From a virus, in IMG/VR virus record IMGVR_UViG_3300046532_001629, positions 5,779 to 69,778 of that record: a stretch of 64,000 nucleotides of DNA; one strand, 5' to 3'. The notes below the pieces were generated by a model, which was given only the letters and a program-made list of their open reading frames with translations, was not told the DNA's origin and did no database searches. Shown in pieces: positions 37,101 through 46,145 of this stretch. Numbering within the stretch: the first letter of the stretch is position 1; every line of letters begins with the position of its first letter. The position numbers and the translations under genes were made by a program.

Positions 37101-38942
37101 GTGTATAGTTGGAAATCCGTTTTAGTAACCATTGCGTTACTGCTCACACTTAAGATTTGGAATCCGTATTTCATTGAAAACATTTCGTGGACATGGTTTG
37201 ATTACCTACACCAATCACAAGAAATTGTCCAAGTTGATGATATTGTTTTGGTGGACATCGATGAGAGATCGTTGGAAGAATTCGGTCAATATCCCATACC
37301 TCGGGGCATTTATCGTGACCTTCTCCTTAACAGTCATTTCTCTAATACCAGTGTCTTTACCATACTCTTTAGTGAACCTGATCGTGACCCCCTACAGGAC
37401 GAGATTCTCTCAGAGGGACTTGTCAATCGATTGACAATCATATCCTCTTCACCAACTATTCAAAAAGACAGTGGCAGTGCGCCATTCGTTGGTAACTCTA
37501 CATTCGGTGGAGGTGACGCAAAGAATTGGTTATGGAATTTCTCAGGTATAACATCTCCCCTTAAGATACTTCAGGATAATACTTACGGTGTTGGAGTGAG
37601 TGTTGCAACACCTAGTGTAACAGGAACACCAAACTTTGACGGCACAACACGGTCTGCACCCCTCATTGTTACTGCAAACAATCAAGTCTATCCATCCATT
37701 GCACTCGAAACACTTCGTGCATTAAAAGACCAACCAAGTTACCAAACAAAAATTACTCCTGAGATGGGAGTGGAGTGGATTAGGATGGGAAGAGATAAAC
37801 CTATCTCCACCACCCCAACCAGTGATGTTATGGTGTCCTATTGGAATGGTTTCCAAAGGATTTCTGCTGTAGACCTACCCGACTCTAACCTAGAGAATAA
37901 GATTTTAGTGTGGGGGTTAACTGCAGAGGGATTGAACAATCCAGTTTCAACTCCAGTGGGAGTAATGTATCCCCACGAAGTTCAAGCACACCTAATTCAA
38001 ACCGTCTTGACAGGAGTTCAAATAAAACAATCCTACTATCTTGAATTGCTTGAATCTGTTCTTCTTCTGATAAGTTTGATAATGATAATGGTGATGGTTT
38101 ACAAACTGCCCACAGCTCTTTCGGGGGTAGTGAGTCTAGGACTTGTAGTACTTCAGGTGGGTGGGAGTTATTACATTTGGACTTCAGAGCTCGTTCTTTT
38201 CGATACCTTCTTTTCATCTATGGCCTCCTTAGTAGTGTTTGGTCATGCATCTTTCAATCAATACTATACAACCTACAAACTCAAAGAAGAAATCAAGAAG
38301 CAGTTCCAAAAGTATTTATCTCCTGACATGGTTGACGCACTCGCAAAAGACCCATCTTTATTGAAATTAGGTGGAGATAGAAAGGAACTTACATTCATGT
38401 TTATGGACATCTGTGGATTCACCCCTATAAGCGAACACTACATGAAACAAGATGACCCCGAAGGATTAGTAGAACTGATTAACAAATTCCTTGACATGCA
38501 GACTAAGATAATCCTAAATAATGGTGGTACTATAGACAAGTATATGGGCGACTGTATCATGTCATTTTGGAATGCACCTCTTGATTGTCCCGAACATGCA
38601 GAACTTGCCGTCAAGTCTGCAGAAGAGATATTAATTGCAACCAAGGAACTTAATGACGAACTCAAACCTCTCGGTCTTCCACCCATTAACGTGGGCATTG
38701 GTATTAATACTGGCGAGTGTATCGTTGGAAACATGGGCTCAGAACTTAGATTTGACTATTCCGTCATTGGAGATGCCGTCAACCTTGGTGCTAGACTCGA
38801 AAGCCAAACACGAAATTATGATGGGGTGGACGTGTTGTTGGGCGAAGAAACATATCGACAGTGTCCATCTAGAACATTCTCTGAAGTTGACAGAATCACA
38901 GTCAAGGGTAAATCAGAACCAGTTACAGTTTACACTATCTGA
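37101..38942 (+). CDS. CHASE2 sensor + 3TM + class III adenylate/guanylate cyclase
   Basis: IVLVDIDERSL, three TM helices, FMDICGFT, DKYMGDCIM, GIGINTG and IGDAVNLGARLES. Confidence 0.94.
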   Translation: MYSWKSVLVTIALLLTLKIWNPYFIENISWTWFDYLHQSQEIVQVDDIVLVDIDERSLEEFGQYPIPRGIYRDLLLNSHFSNTSVFTILFSEPDRDPLQDEILSEGLVNRLTIISSSPTIQKDSGSAPFVGNSTFGGGDAKNWLWNFSGITSPLKILQDNTYGVGVSVATPSVTGTPNFDGTTRSAPLIVTANNQVYPSIALETLRALKDQPSYQTKITPEMGVEWIRMGRDKPISTTPTSDVMVSYWNGFQRISAVDLPDSNLENKILVWGLTAEGLNNPVSTPVGVMYPHEVQAHLIQTVLTGVQIKQSYYLELLESVLLLISLIMIMVMVYKLPTALSGVVSLGLVVLQVGGSYYIWTSELVLFDTFFSSMASLVVFGHASFNQYYTTYKLKEEIKKQFQKYLSPDMVDALAKDPSLLKLGGDRKELTFMFMDICGFTPISEHYMKQDDPEGLVELINKFLDMQTKIILNNGGTIDKYMGDCIMSFWNAPLDCPEHAELAVKSAEEILIATKELNDELKPLGLPPINVGIGINTGECIVGNMGSELRFDYSVIGDAVNLGARLESQTRNYDGVDVLLGEETYRQCPSRTFSEVDRITVKGKSEPVTVYTI

Positions 38943-39249
38943 TCAACCTAGTACACTTCAGTGGTCTGCATTCATAACACTTCAACTATTAGATATCTAT
39001 ACTTCATACAGAGGACTTAAATACGATTGTGTTGAAGAAAAGGGCCCACTCATGGGTAGTAATCCAACTGTAGGAAGAATGTTAACAACCAAGATTGCAG
39101 TCCTCACCCCTGCCTTGTCATATGATTTAAACAATGGTGGTATAACCAGTATGATGATGAGTGATATGAATGTATTCATGGCTGCGGTTGTTGCCCACAA
39201 TCATACTATCTATAAGAAGGCAAAAGAAAATTGTATAAAAACCCCTTGA
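38653..39249 (+). CDS. Secreted/membrane protein whose 5' end overprints the cyclase gene
   Basis: AAGGA SD 5 nt before ATG 38653; signal-peptide-like TWALVLILASVSLETWAQ; C-terminal LQLLDIYTSYRGL...E..P motif. Confidence 0.6.
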   Translation: MTNSNLSVFHPLTWALVLILASVSLETWAQNLDLTIPSLEMPSTLVLDSKAKHEIMMGWTCCWAKKHIDSVHLEHSLKLTESQSRVNQNQLQFTLSDQPSTLQWSAFITLQLLDIYTSYRGLKYDCVEEKGPLMGSNPTVGRMLTTKIAVLTPALSYDLNNGGITSMMMSDMNVFMAAVVAHNHTIYKKAKENCIKTP

Positions 39250-39318
39250 TCTTTTAAAACTTATCTGTTATACTGTCTAAATACTATTGTAATGCCCATT
39301 TGGGGTTACATAATATAA

Positions 39319-39335
39319 CTTGCTTAATTAAGGAG
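39319..39335 (+). promoter_or_regulatory. ROSE-like RNA thermometer hairpin over the hsp20 SD
   Basis: CUU-G-CUU pairs with AAGGAG with a bulged G; contains UUGCU. Confidence 0.65.
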
Positions 39336-39341
39336 AAAACT

Positions 39342-39785
39342 ATGACAAGCAGACAGCTCGGAGACTTCGATGTCTTCAATTTCGGGAAATCATTCCCATT
39401 CGCAATCGGGTTCGACAGAACTCTTCAACTATTAGAACGTGCCAATCAGTCACCAACTAATACAAGCTACCCCCCTTACAATATTGTAAAACACGATGCA
39501 GAGAATTTCACCATCGAACTTGCAATTGCTGGGTTCACCAAGGATGATATTGATATCTCGAAAGAGAAGAACGTGTTAACTATCTTTGGTAAACAACCCG
39601 ATGATAAGGAAATCAAAAGAGAATTCATCCATAGGGGACTTGCAGGACGATCATTCAATCGTGTCTTTACACTTGCAGACGATATTATCGTCAAGGGTGC
39701 AGATATGAAAAATGGTATCTTGAGTGTCTCATTGGAGAGAATTGTGCCCGAAGAAGATAAACCCCAAGTAATTAAAGTTTCTTAA
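39342..39785 (+). CDS. Small heat-shock protein (Hsp20/IbpA-like)
   Basis: IGFDR, YPPYNIVK, IELAIAGF, HRGLAGRSF and NGILSVSLER. Confidence 0.95.
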   Translation: MTSRQLGDFDVFNFGKSFPFAIGFDRTLQLLERANQSPTNTSYPPYNIVKHDAENFTIELAIAGFTKDDIDISKEKNVLTIFGKQPDDKEIKREFIHRGLAGRSFNRVFTLADDIIVKGADMKNGILSVSLERIVPEEDKPQVIKVS

Positions 39786-39854
39786 GAAACCCTCTTGGTG
39801 ATACCTCTATTGTATTGTATAATAGAGGTATCTTATATATTATGGAGAAGATAA

Positions 39855-40379
39855 ATGTCAGAAGATATTCACATGGGATTACCCCTAGAGATTGGTCAAG
39901 AAGTACCAAACGTAAACTTAATGACCAAAACTGAAGATGGTATGGTCGCACTTAACACTAAAGAACAATTCGCAGGACAAAGAGTAGTCCTTTTTGCATT
40001 GCCTGGAGCTTTCACTCCAACCTGTTCAACAGCACATTTACCTGGCTTTGATGCATTGTATTCTCAGTTTGTAGAAAAGGGTATCGATGCAATCTATTGT
40101 CTATCAGTCAATGACACCTTTGCTATGAACAATTGGTTCGAACAATTGGGTATTAAAAATGTTAAACCTCTTGCAGATGGTAACGGTGAGTTCACTCACA
40201 AAATCGGTGCAGAGTGTAAGAAATCAAATCTTGGATTCGGATATAGATCATGGAGATATGCATTAGTATTGAATGACGGCAAAGTCGAACACCTGTTCAT
40301 CGAAGAAGGTTTCGAAGACAACATTGAGACCGACCCATTTGAAGTATCAAGTGCAGAATACGTTCTAGATTCTATCTAA
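39855..40379 (+). CDS. Peroxiredoxin (Prx5/redoxin type)
   Basis: LPGAFTPTCS, SVND, DGNGEFT and GYRSWRYA. Confidence 0.95.
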   Translation: MSEDIHMGLPLEIGQEVPNVNLMTKTEDGMVALNTKEQFAGQRVVLFALPGAFTPTCSTAHLPGFDALYSQFVEKGIDAIYCLSVNDTFAMNNWFEQLGIKNVKPLADGNGEFTHKIGAECKKSNLGFGYRSWRYALVLNDGKVEHLFIEEGFEDNIETDPFEVSSAEYVLDSI

Positions 40380-40422
40380 AAACCACTAGTCACAATGTGC
40401 TAAATATAGTATAATGGAGACT

Positions 40423-41703
40423 ATGATGAAAGATAATCCGAACAAGTATTTTCAATACCACTTAGAAGACCTTCACCGCAACAGTGCAAAAAAGGAGTTT
40501 AATTACATTACTTTCTTTGCTGGTGGTGGAGGTTCTTCATGTGGTTATAAACTCGCAGGTGGTGACGTTCGTTATATGAACGAGTTCCAACAACTACACG
40601 TTGACACTTACCTAGAAAACTTCCCTAACACTACCCATGAATGCAGAGACATCAAAGAAGTCACTGCAGAAGGAATCATGGAACTCAGTGGACTCAAAAA
40701 ATACGAATTAGATATCATGGATGGGTCACCACCTTGTCCACCATTTTCTATGGCAGGTTCCAAGAAAGAAGGTTGGAACAAAGAGAAGATGGCTTATGGT
40801 ATGAAACAACAGAACATTGAAGACCTTACATGGGAAATGATTAGGATTGCCGAAGGGTTAATGCCTAAAGTTATAATATGTGAGAACGTGAAAGGTCTCT
40901 CAATGGACTATGCAAGAGACCATCTAAACAGGATGGTAAACGACTTTGAGAAACTTGGATACTCAGTTACTTGGAAAGTCATGAAGGGTCATCAGCACGG
41001 TGTACCTCAGAAGAGAGAAAGAGTATTCATGGTTGGTGTACGTGATGATGTACTAGAAGGTATCGGTATGCCTTGGATGTGTATGTCTTCCGTCTTCCCC
41101 GACCCAGTAAAAGAATTTGCATCCATTGAAGATGCAATCCATGATTTAGAAACAGATGAACAAAATATTATAGATGCAGCTTATCTAGAAAATGCAATGA
41201 ATGAATCATCAAAAGGTCATTGGGTAAATGGATTCGATGTACACCCAAAAGAAGAACTTGCACATTGCACTCCTTGTAAAGGAATTGCAGGAATAGAGGA
41301 TAAAGAAAATCTTTCCTATGTTTCTATAGGTGATCATATCGTTGGCCCTTGGTTTGAAGAGAATGCAAAACTTGGTAATATTGCAGAAGAAGATGTAAAA
41401 CATTCTTACTACATGTCAAGAATCGTACCTAAACATCTTGCAGCCCATTCATTAACTGAATCGGGTTGTCAACCAAAATTTATGGGTGGTAATCATTTTC
41501 ATCACAATGGAAAACGAATCTACACACCTAAAGAGATGGTAAGGTTAATGACTTTACCTAATGACTATAAAATGACTGGAGACTATGACGACAAGGGAGC
41601 AAGAATCGGATTGATGGTTGCACCACTTTGTATGTATCGTCTAGTCGAGGAAGTCAAACAACAGATATTGGAACCATGGAATATACAACAACAACAGACT
41701 TAG
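40423..41703 (+). CDS. DNA (cytosine-5)-methyltransferase
   Basis: FAGGGG (motif I), GSPPC (IV), ENV (VI) and QKRERVF (VIII). Confidence 0.94.
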   Translation: MMKDNPNKYFQYHLEDLHRNSAKKEFNYITFFAGGGGSSCGYKLAGGDVRYMNEFQQLHVDTYLENFPNTTHECRDIKEVTAEGIMELSGLKKYELDIMDGSPPCPPFSMAGSKKEGWNKEKMAYGMKQQNIEDLTWEMIRIAEGLMPKVIICENVKGLSMDYARDHLNRMVNDFEKLGYSVTWKVMKGHQHGVPQKRERVFMVGVRDDVLEGIGMPWMCMSSVFPDPVKEFASIEDAIHDLETDEQNIIDAAYLENAMNESSKGHWVNGFDVHPKEELAHCTPCKGIAGIEDKENLSYVSIGDHIVGPWFEENAKLGNIAEEDVKHSYYMSRIVPKHLAAHSLTESGCQPKFMGGNHFHHNGKRIYTPKEMVRLMTLPNDYKMTGDYDDKGARIGLMVAPLCMYRLVEEVKQQILEPWNIQQQQT

Positions 41704-42677
41704 GATTTAAAGACACATTCAAAAAATGGAATGGTAAGTATCTTACAGAAGATTCTTACGATACTGTTATATCATCTATTGAATACGATGGTGATGTTAT
41801 CAAAATCTATAAACCTCATGGTACACTCATGGGTAAAACATTACTTGCATGTATCGTAAAGAAAGCATACAAGGGTAAAGTATATCAAACAGTTAAAGAC
41901 ACTCTGTTCTCAATAGATGACACATCTACAATGAGAGCAAACGCTGCAGGCCCCATTGATCACGATGCCATGAAAGCAAAAGGATTAATCGAAGGTAAAG
42001 ATTATGTCCTTAGAACACCTAACAGTTATTACCCTCTAAAGAAGAACGGTGAGTTCAATCGTATTGCAGAAGCAAATGAGATTCATTCTGTATTGATCGG
42101 TTATAAAAGAGGAAGGTTCACTGGTATGATCAAAGCTAGTGGATGGATGCAAAAGAAATCTAATGCAAAAAAATTAGAAGCATTATCACAGATTGCAAAT
42201 GTCAATGAGGAAGCATTGAAAAATGCAGTTCCCGAAGTATACAACTTACAAAAAACCTTTGCAGACAATTGTATAGACAAGAAGTATCACATTGGTGGTT
42301 CACCGATGACAGCCTTATCTGCAAACAAGTACTCCACAGGTGGGACAACAAAGATGTCTGCTCACTTGGATGGTAAAGATTTAGAATTCGGTATGACTAC
42401 AATGTGTGTATTCCGTATCGGAGAATTCGATGGTGCATACTTATGTTTCCCTAGATATGGTATTGCTATTGAAGCAGATGATGGAGACGTACTGATTGCA
42501 GATTCAAATGAATTGCATGGTGTAACACCTATCACTGGTGAAGGAGTGCGACTATCATGTGTTGCGTACTGTGACGAACATGTTGCAACTATGGGTGAAG
42601 CAGGTAAAACTGAGAAACCTATCGGCCCCCATGCAGGAAACTATGAAGAGAAGGGTACACTAGGAGATTTTTTATGA
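41676..42677 (+). CDS. TET/JBP-family 2OG-Fe(II) dioxygenase (5mC oxidase candidate)
   Basis: AHLDGKD (HxD), GDVLIADSNELHGVTPI (distal H) and RLSCVAY (R); overlaps the C5-MTase. Confidence 0.85.
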   Translation: MEYTTTTDLGFKDTFKKWNGKYLTEDSYDTVISSIEYDGDVIKIYKPHGTLMGKTLLACIVKKAYKGKVYQTVKDTLFSIDDTSTMRANAAGPIDHDAMKAKGLIEGKDYVLRTPNSYYPLKKNGEFNRIAEANEIHSVLIGYKRGRFTGMIKASGWMQKKSNAKKLEALSQIANVNEEALKNAVPEVYNLQKTFADNCIDKKYHIGGSPMTALSANKYSTGGTTKMSAHLDGKDLEFGMTTMCVFRIGEFDGAYLCFPRYGIAIEADDGDVLIADSNELHGVTPITGEGVRLSCVAYCDEHVATMGEAGKTEKPIGPHAGNYEEKGTLGDFL

Positions 42678-43378
42678 AAATAGTTATTACAGGTTCAAGA
42701 GGTTTTATAGGAAAATATCTACGAAGTGCTTTAGATAAACATAATATTGTAGAATGGGATACTAAAATAGGTAAAGACATAAAAGATTTTTATTTAGATG
42801 GTGATGAAGATTTTGTTATTCATCTTGCTGGTCTAATCTCACCAAGAGATTCTATTAACGAACCACACGATTACTGGTTGCAAAATGTAGAATACAGTAA
42901 AAAAATATTTGATACATGTAAAGATGTTCCAATGGTTTATGCTTCTAGTGCAGCTGCAAAAGAATATTGGAGAAGTCCATATGGAACAACTAAAAAAGTT
43001 TTAGAAACACTTGCACATAAAGGTCATGTTGGATTAAGATTTGAAAGCATCTATGGTGATGGTGCCTCAGATATAGGATTAATAACTAGAATCAAAAATG
43101 GAACTATTAAGTACCATACAAACCATATAAGAGACTTTATTCATATAGATGATATTATAGGTGCTATCTTATTGTTTATCATGCAAGGAACACGAGATGC
43201 ACTACCATATTATGAAGTTGGAACTGGTAAAGAACATTTAGTTTCAGATGTAGTAAAACATTTCGGAGTAGATGTTCCCGAAAAAGAAGGGGATGATATT
43301 GAAATATTTCGTAGTATTGCAGATATAACAGAAATGAAAAAGTTAGGATGGAAAGCAATGAGGAGTGTGTATGATTGA
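42674..43378 (+). CDS. NAD-dependent nucleotide-sugar epimerase/dehydratase
   Basis: ITGSRGFIG, IHLAG, YASSAA, YGTTK and RDFIHIDD. Confidence 0.92.
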   Translation: MKIVITGSRGFIGKYLRSALDKHNIVEWDTKIGKDIKDFYLDGDEDFVIHLAGLISPRDSINEPHDYWLQNVEYSKKIFDTCKDVPMVYASSAAAKEYWRSPYGTTKKVLETLAHKGHVGLRFESIYGDGASDIGLITRIKNGTIKYHTNHIRDFIHIDDIIGAILLFIMQGTRDALPYYEVGTGKEHLVSDVVKHFGVDVPEKEGDDIEIFRSIADITEMKKLGWKAMRSVYD

Positions 43379-44189
43379 TTTAGTTATTTGTACATATAAA
43401 AGATTGGATAAACAGACCACTCTTGGAAACATTCCAAAAAAGTTTAGAGATAACGTAACTTTAGTTGTTCAACCCCAAGAGGAAGCTGAAGCACGAAAAG
43501 TTCATCCAAATATATTTGTTCTTGATGGTGATAACATTGGTTATGCAAGAACTATCGAACAAACAACAAAAGAGTTTGCAGTTAATCGTAATAATCACTT
43601 TTGGTTGTTTGATGATGATTTAAGGTTTGTATATAATGAAGAAACAGAGTATCAAGTAACAGGCAAGAAACACACGTTTACAGAGCAACATTTTGAACAA
43701 ATGTTAATAGATATTGAAAAAGAATTAGATTCTGGCTTGATGCATGGTGCATTAGGAACCACTTGGAATTTCCCTTGGGGAAAACTTCCATACATTGAAA
43801 ATAGTAGAATGTCGGGAAACAAAGTATACAATAAAAACCTTGCAAAAATATGGAACGATATTGACTGGGTTGGATGTTGTGGTGCAGAAGATTTCTATGT
43901 AAATCTGCAATTGTTAACTACAGGACATGCAAACAAAGTATGGCATAATTATGTTGTTGACCCCGGCCCGAGTTATCAAGATGGTGGTTGTTCTGAGTAT
44001 AGAGATGTAGAATTCCATAATAAATCATGTGAAGACCTACAAAAATTATTCCCTGAGTTTGTTAAACTTAGAACCAAAAAAACATTGTCAGGGCCTTGGA
44101 AGAACCTAGACAGACTAGGAGCATCTGTGCAATGGAAAAAAGCATATTTGTCTTCTCAAGTGGCAACAATAAAGGATTTCATGTCATAA
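43371..44189 (+). CDS. GT-A fold glycosyltransferase (TET-associated/GREB1-like)
   Basis: VICTYKR, LVVQPQE, FDDDL, AED..NLQLL and GGCSEYR. Confidence 0.8.
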   Translation: MIDLVICTYKRLDKQTTLGNIPKKFRDNVTLVVQPQEEAEARKVHPNIFVLDGDNIGYARTIEQTTKEFAVNRNNHFWLFDDDLRFVYNEETEYQVTGKKHTFTEQHFEQMLIDIEKELDSGLMHGALGTTWNFPWGKLPYIENSRMSGNKVYNKNLAKIWNDIDWVGCCGAEDFYVNLQLLTTGHANKVWHNYVVDPGPSYQDGGCSEYRDVEFHNKSCEDLQKLFPEFVKLRTKKTLSGPWKNLDRLGASVQWKKAYLSSQVATIKDFMS

Positions 44190-44887
44190 TGAAACCGAGA
44201 TATACAAATATAGTTAATCCTCTAATGGGTCACACAGGTAACGTGATATACAGGACTGTTATAAATGGGATGCTGATTAAGGTTAAAGAAACCCCAACAT
44301 CGATTTCATTACATTATGGTGAAGGTGCAATAACTCAAGCATCAATCCTAAAGAACTACCCCGAAAGATTACAATATGATTATGCAAGACATTTAGTACA
44401 AGTGGTAAACCACGTTGAATCACCGTCACGAGCATTAGTACTTGGATTAGGTGGTGGAGTCATACCAACATGGTTACATCAAAACACTAAGTGTCAAATT
44501 GATGTGGTGGATATCATACCCGACTTAAAGGACATTGCAGAAAAGTATTTTAAAATGCCCTCAGACAATCGAATCAAGGTGATCACCGAAGATGCATACC
44601 ATTTTGTACAAGACACATTGCTAACAGGGATATATGACATCATAATTGTAGATGTTTGTGATGATACACGGATAGAGAACAAATTCATTTCACCTAAATT
44701 CTATGAAGGGTTGAAGAGTATTCTAACACCTAAAGGTCGTGTTGCAATTAATTATTTTGTAGCACCACAAACATATGACGACTACATGATTGGGCTTAAA
44801 GATGCCTTCACAAATGTCGTTGAACAGTATAAAAATTTGGAGGGTGGTAAAAACCATATCACAATTTGTAATGACAACACTATTTGA
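44189..44887 (+). CDS. Spermidine-synthase-like SAM-dependent transferase
   Basis: LVLGLGGG, VVDI, DA and YDIIIVD motifs; LTPKGRVAIN. Confidence 0.8.
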   Translation: MKPRYTNIVNPLMGHTGNVIYRTVINGMLIKVKETPTSISLHYGEGAITQASILKNYPERLQYDYARHLVQVVNHVESPSRALVLGLGGGVIPTWLHQNTKCQIDVVDIIPDLKDIAEKYFKMPSDNRIKVITEDAYHFVQDTLLTGIYDIIIVDVCDDTRIENKFISPKFYEGLKSILTPKGRVAINYFVAPQTYDDYMIGLKDAFTNVVEQYKNLEGGKNHITICNDNTI

Positions 44888-45194
44888 AGATAATGTCTAC
44901 ATGGTTGTAGAGAACCTACACCAGTCTGACGCAGCGATTGAACTTACTGGTGGTGAATGGGACGGACTCGTATACCAATACGGAAAGGTCGGGTTCGAAA
45001 ATGGCAAACCCAACATAAATTTTGAAAGAACTATAAGAAGATTACCACATAATGTCGAAAAGACCGAAGAGGAACTTAAGAAACACCTAAATAATGTTGA
45101 ACTAAAAACACTCATGGGTGACATTCTAGTAGAAGTCATGCAAGCACAAATAAGGAAAGATAATGAACAAAGAAGTACTAAAGGAACAGATTAA
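44871..45194 (+). CDS. Conserved T4-like hypothetical protein
   Basis: AIELTGGEWDGLVYQYGKV...MGDILVE; overlaps both neighbours. Confidence 0.65.
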   Translation: MTTLFEDNVYMVVENLHQSDAAIELTGGEWDGLVYQYGKVGFENGKPNINFERTIRRLPHNVEKTEEELKKHLNNVELKTLMGDILVEVMQAQIRKDNEQRSTKGTD

Positions 45195-45615
45195 GAGACA
45201 CGAAGGTGAAGTCCTCGAAGTGTATGCAGATTCACTAGGATATTTAACACTAGGTGTTGGGCATCTTATTAAAGAAGGTGACGATGAACATGGTCAAGAC
45301 GCTGGAACTCCAGTCAGTCAAGACATTGTAGATTCGTATTACGATACAGACTTTGACAAACACGTTAATGAAGCAATTCATGTGTTTGGAGATGAGGATG
45401 CATTCTACCTTTTACCCGAAGATATTCAACACGTGTTAGTAAACATGACATTCAATCTTGGTGCAACTCGTTTGGGCTACTTTAAAGGAATGTTGAAAGC
45501 ATGTAGAGTCCATGACTGGAAAGAAATGGCAGTAGAGATGGAAGATTCCAAATGGTATGGACAGGTCGGAAGACGTTCGAAAGAACTCCAAGACATGGTT
45601 CTTGCCTGTGGATAA
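45163..45615 (+). CDS. Lysozyme / endolysin (GH24, T4-lysozyme-like)
   Basis: HEG...YADSLGYLTLGVGH (E/D/T triad), NMTFNLG and DSKWYGQVGRR. Confidence 0.92.
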   Translation: MNKEVLKEQIKRHEGEVLEVYADSLGYLTLGVGHLIKEGDDEHGQDAGTPVSQDIVDSYYDTDFDKHVNEAIHVFGDEDAFYLLPEDIQHVLVNMTFNLGATRLGYFKGMLKACRVHDWKEMAVEMEDSKWYGQVGRRSKELQDMVLACG

Positions 45616-45877
45616 CATTTTTGCACTAAGACTTCTTGGTGGAGAAACTATTTTAGGTAGGGTAACCACATCACGATTTAGTAGTAAAACAGTCATCGCA
45701 GAACCACAACTTTGTATTGTGGAAGTCACTGATGGTAAAATGGAAATCAGTCTTGCACCGTGGAATCCATGGGCAAGAGAGTACAGATTCGAAATCAACA
45801 ATAGAAACATCGTTACAATGTTTAAGGTTCGACCCAATTTAGAACAGAATTACAAAGTAGCGACAGGAAACAAATAG
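45608..45877 (+). CDS. Hypothetical Sm-like protein (start uncertain)
   Basis: ALRLLGGETILG...LAPW pattern. Confidence 0.6.
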   Translation: MDNIFALRLLGGETILGRVTTSRFSSKTVIAEPQLCIVEVTDGKMEISLAPWNPWAREYRFEINNRNIVTMFKVRPNLEQNYKVATGNK

Positions 45878-45887
45878 GAAATATATT

Positions 45888-46121
45888 ATGGACAAAACAC
45901 GATTACTCAAAGCACTACAATCCCAGTACCAAGGACAAATGGACATTGCACTTGCAAACATTGAAGTGTACATTCACAACCCAGCTGGTATCGGAGAACA
46001 CCCCGATCTTGCAGCTGCCCTCGACACTCAAATTGAAGCCCTCACATCAGCCAGTGAAAAACATGATACGGTTTCCGACTTAATAAAAGATCAAATTCAA
46101 ACAAAAACACTTGTAGGATAG
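45888..46121 (+). CDS. Conserved hypothetical protein
   Basis: ANIEVYIHNPAGIGEHPD; SD AGGA. Confidence 0.75.
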   Translation: MDKTRLLKALQSQYQGQMDIALANIEVYIHNPAGIGEHPDLAAALDTQIEALTSASEKHDTVSDLIKDQIQTKTLVG

Positions 46122-46145
46122 ACCACTTTCTGTTATAATACCAGT

